Origin: Eledone cirrhosa | Lineage: Eukaryota | NCBI GenBank assembly: GCA_964016885.1 | Contig: OZ024745.1 | Span: 86,552,001 to 86,616,000 of the forward strand | DNA: 64,000 bases | Reading direction: 5' to 3' | Part shown: one piece after another, positions 22,996 through 36,004 of the stretch | Position numbering within the stretch: position 1 is the stretch's first letter | How the letters are laid out: the number at the start of each line of letters is the position of its first letter | Position numbers and translations under genes: made by a program | Notes under the pieces: generated by a model | The model's database searches: none | What the model was told of the DNA's origin: nothing | Seen by the model: only the letters and a program-made list of their open reading frames with translations

Positions 22996-23685
22996 CCAAA
23001 GTTTAAAAAATTATTACTGTTGTTGTTATGTTGGTGCTGATGTGATAAAGTTTGTAGAACACTAGAAAAATACAGTGCTTTATTTATACCTACGTTCCTT
23101 TACTTTCTGAGTTTAAAGCTCACTGAAATTATCTTTGGCTTTTATCCTTGATAAAACAAGTACCAACCCATTACTTGAGTCAAATTCATCAACTATACTC
23201 TTCCCCAAATTTGTGAATTTATGCTCGTGTCAAAAGACAAGGCCGAACATTTCAAGGGTGCATTCCTGGCAATAACATTTATTAATATTCTCCAAACTTT
23301 TCATGAAACAAACGTCAGTCCGTGAAGGATAAAAAAAAGAATTTTCTGCTTTTATGCTTGAATATGAGAAAGAAATTACGAATGAGAGGTGTTAACCAAC
23401 TCGACCAATCAAATAAGCAACAATAAAGATAATCTAATTTTTTACACAAAGCATTCAATTCAGTTGCAGCCATATTACAAAATGGTTTCCAGTCCAGTTA
23501 AGCGAGGCTGTTGAAAGAAACTTTCAGTGGTTCTAAATGGAATTTGCAGTTATTTCCATAATTCTTTGATTTCTACACAAGTAGACAATTTTCTGTAAGT
23601 TAAATACATTTATTTATATAAGTTTAACACCAACATAAAACCTCTATGGCCAAGTATACAGATAATATTATTATTTAATCTATCA

Positions 23686-23878
23686 GGGTGGTGAATTGGC
23701 AGTATCAGTAGAGGGTTGGACGCCATGCTTTCTAGCATAGTTACGTCCCTTTACGGTTTGAGTTCAAATACCGCTGAGGTTAACTTTGCCTTTCATCCTT
23801 ACGGGGTGGATAAAATAAAGTACCAGTAATGTACTGGGTAATTGCTGGCCTTGTGCCAAAAGTAGAAATAATTATTAT
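23686..23878 (+). mobile_element. tRNA-derived SINE
   Basis: Same head, core and tail; TATTATTTAATCTATC flanks both sides. Confidence 0.9.
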
Positions 23879-24127
23879 TTAATCTATCTCTGTTCAAATT
23901 TTGTGAATTATTTATGTGATGGTACAGAATGAAAATAAAGGAAACAGCTCTGAGTGAATAGGGAGAAAACACCCCAAATAACCTAAAATTTTCCATCGAT
24001 TTTCTCAAAAAAGTACATGTTAAACAATTCAATGATCTAACTGCTATATATATATATATATGGTAATAATAAATGTGGAGACTAAAATCCGAAAAGGGCT
24101 CAATAAGGATTATATATGTGTATATAT

Positions 24128-24620
24128 AAAATATGTTGTGATCAACCCTGTCAAAGGCCTTACTGAAATCAAGGTAGATGACACCAGTGTTGGAGCCCTC
24201 TCCCAAAGCTCTCAAAATGTCATCAAAGTGATGCAGTAGCTGTTTTAGGCAATCCCTTCCATTACGGAACCCATGCTGGTTGGAGTTCAGCAGATTGTTG
24301 CTTTCAAGAAAATGAGTTATTCGTGATCTCACCACCCTCTCAAATCCCTTATTGGTATGAGAAGTGAGTGAGATCAGACAGTAGTTCCCTGCAAGGGATT
24401 TGTTTCCCTTTTTGAAAACTGGGACAACAGACTGGGATAGTAATTTTTCTGGTATATATCTAGCATCCAGTGAGTTCCTTCACAGATTAGCAAGAGGAGA
24501 TGCAAGTTGGTGTCGACACACCTTCAGGATACAAGCAGGAAACCTATCAGGGCCTACTACTGAATTGTGTTTAGTTTCGTTTATTTCCGCTAAGTTATGG
24601 GGGTGCCAAATGTTATGTCC
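24128..24620 (-). mobile_element. CR1/Jockey-group LINE RT fragment
   Basis: LESNNLLNSNQHGFRNGRDCLKQLL...VIYLDFSKAFDRVDHNI; upstream VVPVFKKGNKS and GPDRFPA remnants. Confidence 0.85.
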
Positions 24621-25776
24621 GATATAGTGGCATCATCAAAACGTCCAAATATAGTTGTTGCTGCATTGGATTTTCCTGACCATCTGGTTTCACCAATTAG
24701 TTTTAATTGTTTCATATTTTCTTGTCCTAGATGTTTGCTAATAACTTCTACCCATTCTCTTGTATGATGCCTTTACAAAAATTGCTAAATTCTGGAGCAA
24801 ATTGAAAAAAGAAACTGCAGGTACACAACATTTTGTTTCAGTTATCACCAAATTCAAGACATGGGCATATACCATATATGAACATGTTGATCTGCCATGT
24901 CAGCGATTTTACTTTGTAAACCATTATACTGCTCATGGGAGTTTGCAACACCATCTACGAGCAATAATTCTTAAAACCAAATATTTTAACCCTGCTCTAT
25001 ATATCTTTGATACCTGCATTTTCTGATTTTCCATAGTTTTTCTATTGCAATACCCTTTCATGGGTGTCCTATACATGAATATATTACAATATTTCAACCC
25101 TTATGTGAATATGATGGTAAAAATGTAAAATGTTTGAATAATGTAAATAATGTAATAAAAGTAAAAGTATATAGAAAATATTAGGAATATTTGATTCCAT
25201 ATATATTTCAATAATTGTAAACAATATATATTTCAATCAAATGATAACATTTCCTATAATTTTTATAGAAGTTCCAAATTAGCAACCTGTCTCTCTCTCA
25301 TATATACATATATGTATATGTATACAGATAGAGATAGAGATAGAGAGAGAGAGAGGGAGAGAGAGAGAGAGAGAGAGAGAAAGAGGACACAAGGTGTGTT
25401 CAAAATATAAGTAGTTTAACTATTTTGGTGTTTTATGGAAATATGTACTGTATAAAGATTAATGTTTTATAACTTTATTCAATTATGATTGGTTGATGTA
25501 GAATTATATGATTTTTGACGATACACTCTGTAAGATACTTGCCGAGGTAGATAACGGTAATTATTACAACCCACTACTAGAATATACAGTGAATTGCACG
25601 AATAAAATTTTTCACTTGGAAGAGAATGGTTTAATTACTTAAGAAAATAACCTAAATAAGTCAAATGTATTGGATCAACTTTAAAAACATCTATTTCATA
25701 AGTTAATTTTTGTAGTTAATCCAACACTGCTTTCCAACTAATTGACACATTCTTATTCAAGTAAAAATTATATTAA

Positions 25777-26959
25777 CAGTCTGCGACACCATTGAGGCCT
25801 ATTCTATGTTTTACTCAGTCAATTTGTACTGCTTTAAACCCATTGTATCGTTGAATAGAGTTCATTGGGATCTTTCTTTTGCTCCATTAATTATTTTTTC
25901 TCTCACCTCCAGATCAAAAGTTATGGAAAGAAATGAAGAAAAGGACCAAGTTGAAGATTGTATTTTGGAGCCGAGAAGAAACAAAAGACAGGGAAATGTT
26001 TCTTACTTGGGAAAGGAGAGGTATACGGTTGTGGATAAAGCATTTCTCAAATCTGTGGAGAGTTTTGTGAAAAATAATCTACCTAGGAAACTTACCAAGG
26101 AGGAGAAGCTGGATATTCTCTCTGTACAAGCCAAATTTCATCATGAACATGTCATGCTACACAGTAATAAGGGACTTGGGCGAATGAAGAAGAATGCAGA
26201 TGCCACGAACCATATTGAGAATGTCTTTGGTCGAAGTAATAAACTCTGCAGCAAAATCTGGACTAAATATGTTGAGACTGGAGAAAAAATTTCAAAGCAG
26301 AAGATGACACCAAAAGGATCATGGAAGAAGGCTCAAATGCAGGTGGCATGTCGAGAAAGAGAGATTCCAATCGAAGCAGGAGATCTGAACTCTGTGCTAT
26401 GGGAAAAGCTGAGCGAGTACAACAATCTATACATATTTCCAATCGTTTGTTCCATGTCAAGAGAAAGAGGTCAGGAGGTCATCTTTTCTCCACCGCATCA
26501 TTCCAATTTGCAGCCGATCGAGCTCATATGGGCCTTTATCAAGGGAGAAATCGGAGATAGTACACCACAAACACCATCTTTGAGCAAGTGCTGGCATGAA
26601 TGTATGCATCATTTCAGAATCTGGAGAGCAAAACAATCCAAGGATGCATTAACAAGGCTAATTCTCATCTGAACAAGCTTTACAAGAATATTATAGCCAT
26701 TGAAGATGAAGTCAGTGATTGTGAAAGTAACACTTCAGGCAGTCGTGATGAGGATAACTTCAATAAATTATAAAATACTCTACTTATAACCCTGGCTTCG
26801 TTTATTTTCTCTCAAAATCAAAAAGATGTTCATAACTTTTGAACCAGATTTGCAAAACTACCAAACTATAGTTTATTCAAATTGTCAAAGCTATATTTAT
26901 TTCTCAATAACATCAAAGCACTGTATTAAAAAAAACGGCCTCAATGGTGTCATGGACTG
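25777..26959 (+). mobile_element. IS630-Tc1-mariner superfamily DNA transposon (Sailor/DD82E-like), internally deleted
   Basis: TIRs CAGTCTGCGACACCATTGAGGCC / GGCCTCAATGGTGTCATGGACTG, TA on the right flank; ORF 25806-26672 with KKAQMQVACREREIPI and IFSPPHHSNLQPIELIWAFIK; first two catalytic Asp regions not seen. Confidence 0.75.
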
Positions 26960-27089
26960 TAAAATTTGTTAAAATATCTTGTGTTGTAGTGGTATAACCA
27001 ATTTATGCCACATAAACTTTAGAGTAAAATAAAAACATGAATATCTTACCTTATCCCTTTGCAAAATATACACATCGACCAACAAGCAA

Positions 27090-27311
27090 TAATGGTTTCT
27101 CATTTAGGCACAAGGCCAACAATTTGAGGGAAGGGGAAAGTCGATTAAATCGAAACCCAGTGCATTACTGGTACTTTATTTTATCGACCCCGTAAGGATT
27201 AGAGGTAAAGTTAACCTCAGCAGGAGTTGAACTCGGAACGTAAAGGGCCATAACTCTATGCTGCAAAGCATGGTGTCTGACGTTTTACTGATACTGCCAA
27301 TCCACCGCCCT
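27090..27311 (-). mobile_element. tRNA-derived SINE
   Basis: Reverse complement of the same consensus. Confidence 0.88.
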
Positions 27312-28321
27312 CAACTAGCAATATATGGGATAGTGTGTATGTGTGTGCATGTACATGTGTATATATATAGATTTATTTCACAGCTTTAGCATCATTATTC
27401 CATTGGCTGACCAAGATACTCTCATGGAATGACCAAATGAGGTTTATATTTCAACATAGCCCCTGGAAAGAAACAATGCAGTTATTAATAAAAAGAGTTG
27501 AAATTAATGTATGCAAGATTTCACAGCTCTAGCATCATTCCTTCATAGTCAGCCCATGAGCGTTTCAGCAAACTCTCGTAGTAGTTTAATGTAAAGAAAA
27601 TTGGTATAGTCAATGTTCTGGCACATTTTATATAACTGTAACACTTGACGCCATGTTAATGTGGGAACAAGTATGTTTGTTGAGTTATTGTGTCGAAATA
27701 GTTTTTTCATCGGAGATCAACATTCAAAACCTAATCTATTTAAATTCTAATTCTTAATCTTCAATATCTCCTGTTTTCAAAGGTTGTATGTTTTGTACTA
27801 CATGAACATAAGAAATTGTCAGATAATTCTTATAATTTCTGTTATAGTTGTTATCAAATCTATTGTCTTTGAACTATAAGGAGTACAGAATGAGATCAAC
27901 TAAATTAATCCTTTTTGATGACACTCACAAATTCAAAGTAGAATTCATTAGCATAATTATGGCAACATTTATCAACTCTGATGGGCTGAAGAGCTTTTTC
28001 CCGCGTGGCGAGCGATGCTCGTAATCTATTTTGAACTTTTAATTGGAAATGGTTCACTTCACATATCTTTATTAATGATTGATCTGCAAAGACAAAAAAC
28101 TTCACGATTCCTGTTCCCTTCAGCTCTGAAAACTATTGTTCGAACTACCCAATGGTGGATAATTATAATTATGATTAAACGATGTAAAGTAATTAATAAT
28201 ATTTCTCATATAGGCATGACATAATTAAGTATTGATTGATTAAGGGATTAATTCTTGCTAGTAGTGAAGTTTATCTAATGGCTTAATGTTACTATTTGAT
28301 GTCCATTAATATTGTTATAAG

Positions 28322-28902
28322 AGCCGTTGGTTTGCAGTAATTGGTAGAGCGTCGGACACCATGCTTTGTGGCATAGAGTTACGGCCCTTTATGTTCTGAG
28401 TTCAAATCCTGCCGAGGTTAGCTTTGCCTTTCATCCTTACGGGGTCGATAAAATAAAGTACTAGTCAAGGATTGGGGTCGTTTTAATCGACTTTCACCTC
28501 CCGCCATAATTGCTGGCCTTGTTCCCAAATCAGAAACCATTATTATTATTAAAAGGACGGTTGGTTAGTAATCGGTAGAGCGTCGGACACCATGCTTAGT
28601 GGCATAGAGTTTCGTCCCTTTACGTTCTGAGTTCAAATCCCGCCAAGGTTAAGCTTTGCTTTTCATCATTACGGGGGGAGGGGGAGGGGGAGGGTCGATA
28701 ACATAAGTACCAGTAACGTTCTGGGGTTGATTTATTTGAATTTCCCCTCCCCCAAATTGGTGGCCTTCTGCCTAAATCAGAAATCATTATTAATCCCCGC
28801 CGAGGTTAACTTTGCCTTTCATCCTTACAGGGTCAATAAAATAAAGTACCAGTAATACACTGGCTAATTGCTGGCATTGTGCCAACAGTATAAACAATTA
28901 TT
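28322..28902 (+). mobile_element. Three tandem SINE copies (about 28322-28550, 28555-28792, 28795-28902)
   Basis: Repeated B-box, core and tail motifs. Confidence 0.88.
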
Positions 28903-29041
28903 AATCAAGAAAAGACCCTTCTCAAACATATTCTCAACAGTTTAAATCCTAAGAATAACTGGTTAAAGACTTGACCAGGTGTTGTTCTATCATCAGTGCT
29001 AGACAATATTCTGGGCTCACATTAACTCAGTCCTCTTAACA

Positions 29042-29102
<61 letters not shown>

Positions 29103-29106
<4 letters not shown>

Positions 29107-29530
29107 AATTGACGGAACTAGCATCGGTATCACTGCTAGGACCGATTGCATCTCAGCGTACTCAATAGGTAATATTAAATAAATTCCCAGAGTATACACA
29201 TAGTTATTCGCTTCAATACAACACAGGTAAACGGGTACCTTCAATTATTCCCGAACTCGAGTTACGACCGCACTTAATGCAGTATTAGAGTGCACTGCAC
29301 TCTCTGTCCGCATATATTATGCAACAATGCACAATCGGCGCATGTGGCTTCATCAGCGAGCTTTACCTCGTCAATAACCAATCGATCGACAGAATTCGAC
29401 TCCACTCCGTGCCGGCTATATCTGTATGTGAGGGCCAACACAATAAAATGTTGGTAACTGGAATCTCTCCGCGTCACAATGCTGTCTCCTGATCGGCTAC
29501 CGATTTATAAATTTACGTGATGACAGGAAT
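29103..29530 (-). mobile_element. Probable PLE remnant between (TA)n tracts with a degenerate hammerhead (29250-29360)
   Basis: Minus strand CTCG-CTGATGA...GTAA-CTCGAG-TT-CGGG (GTAA in place of GAAA; palindromic helix III). Confidence 0.45.
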
Positions 29531-29680
29531 ATATATATATATATAAATGCGTTGTATCACCAGTAACAAACTAGTATTTTGATAATTTGGCTGGTGTTAA
29601 CAGTATTTAAAATCTAATGTCAATGCTATTTGTGGCGCTGCATTGACATTAGATTTTAAAATAAAGCACCAGTAATGCAC

Positions 29681-29964
29681 GGAGGTGTGTGGAGGCACGT
29701 GGCCAAGTAGTAAGGGTATTGGACTTACGATCATAATGTCGTGGGTTCGATTCCTGGGTTGCATGTTGAGCAAAATACTTCATTTCTCGTTGCTCCAGTA
29801 TACTTAGCTGAAAATGAGTACCAGCAATAGCTGCGGGTTTAACCCTGCGTTGGACTGGCGTCCTGTCCAGGGGTCAGTTTTGTACTCTAAGTCGCTTCAC
29901 GCCATGAAACCGGGATAAGCACCGACCAAATGAGCCTTCTGGCTTAAGGCAGACCAGACTTTAG
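29681..29964 (+). mobile_element. Second SINE family (V-domain-like) nested in the tail of a first-family SINE
   Basis: GGTTCGATTCC B-box and AACCCTGCGTTGGACTGGCGTCCTGTCCAGGG; 7-bp TSD AATGCAC (29674-29680, 29965-29971). Confidence 0.85.
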
Positions 29965-30434
29965 AATGCACTGGGGTAATTGGTGGCCTTGTGCAAAAAG
30001 TAAAAACAATTATTTCTGTGTCTTTCTCTTCCTCTCGCTCTCTACCTCTCTCTATATTTCGTAGCATTTAAACTGAGATAACCTCAACCACAACATGTAA
30101 CAGTCAACTTACAGTAATAGATTTTCTTTTGTGTATATATTAGAAATACAGTGTACACCAAACATTCGCGGAACTTTCCTTAGAACCTAACTAATAATTG
30201 TTAGTGGAAACCACTACATATTCGCAGAACGTAAATATCTTCTGCGATTTTTATGGCTTTTTTTCGTGGCAATATATATTTTTTCACGTTTTTAACGCTA
30301 AATTATGAATAACAATCTCACGAGGTCATAGCTGTTGAATAATGGTTATCACCAAAGTATATATTGCAGCGAATATGAATAAACGAAGTTAATTTTAACC
30401 TGTTGACTTACACTTCTTGTTTATATATATATAA

Positions 30435-30496
<62 letters not shown>

Positions 30497-30507
30497 GTAT
30501 ATATATA

Positions 30508-31473
30508 TAAATAAATACAATATCGGAGAAAACTTTTTAGCGATACTCCGACCAAATTCCAACTCACTCAACAAACATTAGGAAATAAGTGATTATATTC
30601 CCAATTATGTGTTCTGGGTGCTAACTAAAAGTATTGCGTGGAAAATTGGCTGTATTATTTCAAATGAGACATATCTAATATATCTCTTCCCAGACGGACG
30701 TCTCGTTTCATTATAGGATTCCTACAATTTAGGTGAAATTATACCAATTTATGTAGGAGCTTGTATACCATCAATAGATATATATTCAAGTGGGCTCCTA
30801 TAATTCATCAGTGGGTGCCCCAATAATACTAATATTGATAATCTAACCAACATCAGCATTTAGCGATAATCACTTTCTGTGCCTGAGGTATCTGTCAGGT
30901 TGCCAGTCCAGCAGTTCTGAAAGAAGTGCTCGAACTGATTAAAAAAATGAGGAAGTGAATTACCGCAAAAAAAAAAACAATACATGCGCGTGACAATGAA
31001 CTCTGAAAGGAATTCAGGCCACGTGCTAAGAACTCAATTGGAAATTGAAAAAATATCTATGTGTGTACAACATTTGATGACACACACAGATATTTTCTCG
31101 GGCAAAATAACAGAATGAGATATAAGGAACAATCAATATTCATATATAAAAAATAAACAAAGAGATGCTAACCTTATACCGGGAATTATTTTAAAATCTG
31201 CTGCGCCAAGAGTAAGTAAATAAATACAATATCGGAGAAAGCTTTTTAGCGATACTCCGGCCAAATTCCAACTCACTCAACAAACATTAGGAAATAAGTG
31301 ATTATATTCCCAATTATGTGTTCGGGGTGCTAACTAAAAGTATTGCGTGGAAAATTGGCTGTATTATTTCAAATGAGACATATCTAATATATCTCTTCCC
31401 AGACGGACGTCTCGTTTCATTATAGGATTCCTACAATTTGGGTGAAATTATACCAATTTATGTAGGAGCTTGT
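30508..31473 (-). mobile_element. PLE-like partial tandem: 257-bp direct repeats (30508-30764, 31217-31473)
   Basis: About 4 mismatches between copies; left copy adjoins (TA)n and overlaps a hammerhead motif. Confidence 0.7.
30689..30815 (-). ncRNA. Type I hammerhead motif with a greatly extended helix II domain
   Basis: CCCA-CTGATGA-ATTATAGGA...(long loop)...TCCTATAAT-GAAA-CG-agacgtc-CG-TC-TGGG; GUC triplet; helix I only 4 bp. Confidence 0.65.
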
Positions 31474-31604
31474 TATAACAAAAGTATTGTTATAGAAAGT
31501 ATTGTCTAGCCACAACACAACAATTAAAACCATCAAGAAATATGTCACAGTGTCTGATATTTGAACTTTTAGCCAATGTGTGACAGTCATTTATTGGTAA
31601 AATA

Positions 31605-31893
31605 AAATAATGGTTTCTACTATAGGCACAATGCCAACGATATCTGGGGGAGGGGAAAATCGATTATGGTGCATTACTATTTTATTTTAATGACATCCCC
31701 GTAAGGATGAAAGGCAAAGCTTATCCTCGGCGAGATTTGAACTTAGAATGCAAAGGGTCGCAATTTTGGTGGAGGTGAAAGTCGATTAAATCGACCCAGT
31801 GCATTACTGGTGCTTTATTTTATCGACCCCATAAGGATGAAAGGCAAAGCTAAGCTCGGCGGGATTTGAACTCAGAACGCAAAGGGACGTAAT
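31605..31893 (-). mobile_element. Two partial SINE copies
   Basis: Reverse-complement core CCCCGTAAGGATGAAAGGCAAAG occurs twice. Confidence 0.8.
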
Positions 31894-32297
31894 TAGTAAA
31901 ATAAAACAATAAAATACTAAAATAATTAACGAATAAATAGAGAAAGAAAAAACTAATTGAAGAGACATTTTGCTTTTAGTTGACAAACAGGTGCTGGTAT
32001 TTGTTGAGTTGACCATGTAAGATACCTGACATTAATTGGAGATAATAAATTTAGAAAGAATTTTAATGAGAGCTTCATTATCTGATGTAAAGATCTTTGA
32101 TGATTATAAAGCTATCAAAATGTCTCTTTAAGTCTAATCGTACAAAGAATATTTATCAAAATTAACAGTGCTCTTGAAATCTGACGATACACTCGTGTCA
32201 AGGAGGAGTAGGAGTTACAAAAAGAAATGTTTAAATACGAATTAAGTCTGCTACATTTCACGTTTTCCATATCCATTTTTCTCAACTATTTCAATCA

Positions 32298-32380
32298 TTC
32301 TTCTTCTCCTCCTCCTCCTCCTGTGTGTATGTTCCTCCATCTTCTTCTCTCTATCTCTCTGTCTGTCTCCCCACCCTCTG

Positions 32381-32441
<61 letters not shown>

Positions 32442-32762
32442 GCATGTCTCCCTCCCCCCCTCTTTGTCTATCTATCTCCCCTCTCTCCTTCTATCTCTGT
32501 CCCTCCCTCTGCCTGTATGTCTGTCTGCCTCTTCCTTCTCTCTCTCTCTGTCTGTCTGTCTGTATATCTGTCTCCTCCCCTATCTGTCTCTGTCTTTATG
32601 TCTGTCTCATCCTCTCTGAATGTATGTCTGTATCCCTCTCTCTCCAATTCTTTCTCTGTCCCTCTGTCTATCTCTCACTCTCTCCTTCTCTCTTTGTTCC
32701 TCCTACTGCATATCTGTCTGTCTCCCCCTCTTCTCTCACTGTCTGTCTACTTCTTCCCTCTC
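32298..32762. repeat. CT-rich low-complexity/(CT)n tract
   Basis: Composition. Confidence 0.95.
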
Positions 32763-33062
32763 GCCCCAACCCCACTAATATAAGAGTTTTATAGAAAGAT
32801 AATACATTTATTGCAGCTTTGAAATCAATAAAAATACAAAGATTGATTGACAAAAACAATTTTCACAACCAAAGATGCATAAAAGAATCTTATTCTTGCG
32901 CTGAATAACTGCAAAGATTTTGTAATCCCTGCAAGAGACCTGCAGTGGAATAATGATTATAGAAGGATTATAATTTTTATGAAACAGGTCGGAAATATAT
33001 AAACTTCAAGAAAACATATTCCCAACAATGGTGAATATTTGAAGAATATCTAAATAGTACTG

Positions 33063-33073
33063 TATCGTCATCG

Positions 33074-33106
<33 letters not shown>

Positions 33107-33407
33107 CTTTCGTAATCGTCATCATCGTCACCATCACTTTCATCGTCGTCATCCTCATCGTCGTCATCATCATCATCATCATCATCATCACTTTCATCAT
33201 CATCACCATCACTTTCATCGTCGTCGCCATCATCATTACTCTCATTGTCGTCGTCATCACTTTCATCATCATCATCACCATCACTTTCATCGTCATCATT
33301 CACTCTCATTAAGCTCCTTATTTGTTGTTTTACAAGAATTATATATGTGAATGTACAATTGCATAGGTGTGTCAGTCTGTGTGTGTGAGAGTATATTTGT
33401 ATGTGCT

Positions 33408-33475
<68 letters not shown>
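33063..33475. repeat. (CAT/CGT)n compound repeat followed by (TG)n
   Basis: Composition; produces the spurious poly-Asp and poly-Met ORFs. Confidence 0.95.
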
Positions 33476-33476
<1 letters not shown>

Positions 33477-33589
33477 GTCCCGTAACTTCTGATAGAGTCG
33501 TAGGGGCGCCGTATTGGCATTCCACGTTTCTTGGGCATTTTTAGCCTGGCGGTACCAAGCTTAAGTACTGAGTACTGCAGATTTCTTCC

Positions 33590-33750
33590 AGAGAGAGGAA
33601 ATATCGACCCACTACTGGACTAGTACCTTTTTTTATTGACCTCGAAAGGTTGAAAGGTAAAGTTGACCTCGGCGGGATTTGAACTCAGAGAGCAGAGATC
33701 CAGAACGAATACCATCCGACGATCTAACGACTTTAGCAATTCACCGCCTA
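33590..33750 (-). mobile_element. Diverged SINE
   Basis: GACCTCGGCGGGATTTGAACTC and AATTCACCGCC motifs. Confidence 0.75.
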
Positions 33751-33967
33751 TATGTGTATATATATGGAGACGTAAAACGACAACAGAAGGCCGGACTGGA
33801 AGATATGTTATAAACATTTTAATTTCTTTCAAGTTCGGCCTTCTGTTGTCGTTTTATAAATATTTAGCAGCATAGTATATAAATGTTATTGAAACACGAG
33901 TAACATAATAATGATGTCAACAGCAGAAATTAGAGATGAAATGTATGTTTATTTTTGTTGTAGCACA

Positions 33968-34157
33968 AATAATTGTTTCTACTTTTGGCACAAGGCCAGC
34001 AATTACCCAGTACATTACTAGTACTTTATTTTATAGACCTCTGTATGGATGAAAGGCAAAGTTACCCTCGGCGGGATTTGAACTCAGATCGTAAAGGAAC
34101 GTAACTATGCTGGAAAGCATGTCCGACCCTCTACCGATACTGCCAATTCACGGCCCT
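33968..34157 (-). mobile_element. tRNA-derived SINE with a 19-bp TSD
   Basis: TTGTTGTAGCACAAATAAT at 33955-33973 and 34159-34177. Confidence 0.9.
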
Positions 34158-35497
34158 CTTGTTGTAGCACAAATAATGTTTGTTAACTTGTATGGCTGAA
34201 GTTACACATAAAATGAGTTTACAAAAGGGAATGTGCCATTGTGCCAGGCCCAAGGAAGGCCGGCAGGTCAAAGTGCAAAATCTCACCGTCACATGTTGTA
34301 CGTGTTGCTAGTTCGAAGTTCAGGGTGCGAGAGAGAGATTCTTCAAATCCTCGCGGGGAATTTCTCCTTCAGGGCGCGTAGGGATACATTCTCTTCTACT
34401 GGCGTTGATTGGCTGAGCTGAGCCAAATCACGCACAGAGAATGTATGTGAGCCCGCGGAATGTAGGTCACTACAAATACTTAACTCCGTTCCTGCGCCAA
34501 CCACTGGATACCACATCTACGATGGATGACTTGCATAACGTTGAATGCTTTGTTGATTACATCATGATTTGCCTACCAGAACCACCAGCTCTACCCTTAG
34601 GTAATCAAAATTGTGACGTAAATATAGGGGAAACTCCGCTGCCTTCTGTTTTGCAGAGAAACAGTAGAAGCCCACATACATTATATCTAATTGTTTACAG
34701 TGATGGTTTACACTACTCACCACCTCGCTTAAATTGCTAAATCACACATCTTAAAATAAAATAAAAAAAAATACTTTTGATAATGTAGTCGAGATACAAA
34801 ATGTCTAATAAAAGACGAATTGGAAAACTTTTGAACATGGGTGCGTATATATATATGTGACTTGGGAGATAAACAATAAAAGCAATAGCCACTTATGTTA
34901 AGTCAATTTACTACCATATACATCTGTTGGTGTATGTGTGTGTTTGGTCGTACGTGTTTGTGTGTAGACAGTTGTCGTAGATATCAACAAACTATACCAT
35001 GGCTTTCTCAATCATACAAGCCCAGACAGTGTAGAAGTACGCTCTCTGGCGTGCAAAACCATAACTGCAAGCCGCATCATGGTTCCAGGGGATAGAATGG
35101 AGGAAGCGTTACAGCGAAGGGAAACGAGTTTGATCCGCTGAGAAAAAAAAACAACCTTATTTACCGCTATTTTTTAATAAGTTATGGATGTTTAAAATGC
35201 TTGACCGTTGACCCTCTTCAAGTGCACTATCATTCGATACAATTCCCTAATTGTCGGACTCATGAATATGGATGTATTTTCTGTTTACTGTTTATCTGTA
35301 ACACCGTTTCTTTCTCTTGTTTTTACATTGCCGTCTGCTAGCTTGTGTTAATCCTATTGCTTTTCCATTTTCTTTCTCTATTCTGTCCGCCGGGTCACGT
35401 GGCGGACAGCGCGTGGGCCCACATTTGCTTATAATAGTGAAAGATGGGGAGAGGGAGAGAGACGAAGTGACAATGGGAATTTGATTCCATTATGTTT

Positions 35498-35681
35498 AGA
35501 CGGCAGTATCGGTAGAGGGCCGGACGCCATGCTTTGACGCATAGAGTTACGGCCCTTGCCATTCTGAGTTTAAATCCCGCCGAGGTTAACTTTGCCTTTC
35601 ATCCTTCCGGGGTCGATAGAATAAAGTACCAGTAATGCATTGGGTAATTTCTGGCCTTGTGCCAAAAGTAGAAACAATTAT
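35498..35681 (+). mobile_element. tRNA-derived SINE
   Basis: Consensus head, core and tail. Confidence 0.9.
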
Positions 35682-36004
35682 GAATAGTAAGAGTATTTTC
35701 TGTTTAACCAAGTGGATTCATCTATTTATCTATCTAGCTGTCTATCTACCTATCTATTTATTTGCCTGTGAAATCTAGCTGTCGTCTGTTCTACAGTGTG
35801 GATGTAATTCACTTCGCGCAGAAGTTTTGTTCAAATTTATTGCGGAAATTTTGTAAGTTCAAATTTAATTTTGATACTATTGTGTAGCTTGACCCCCCGT
35901 CTGAACTGTCAGGCGGTGGGTCAGCTCATCTTTACCCCTCCTAGGGGTGAAAAACCTGTTTTTAAAAATTTTGTGGCAAAAAAAATTTCAATCGTCTGAC
36001 AGAA

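Noticed and set aside
32977-33525. Poly-Asp, poly-Met and other low-complexity ORFs (also 32227-32794, 47400-47645 and the IYIY ORFs)
   Set aside because: Translations of microsatellites.
35383-35409. GC-rich hairpin with an E-box (CTGTCCGCC...GGCGGACAG) as promoter or Helitron end
   Set aside because: No downstream CTRR and no gene to associate; insufficient evidence.
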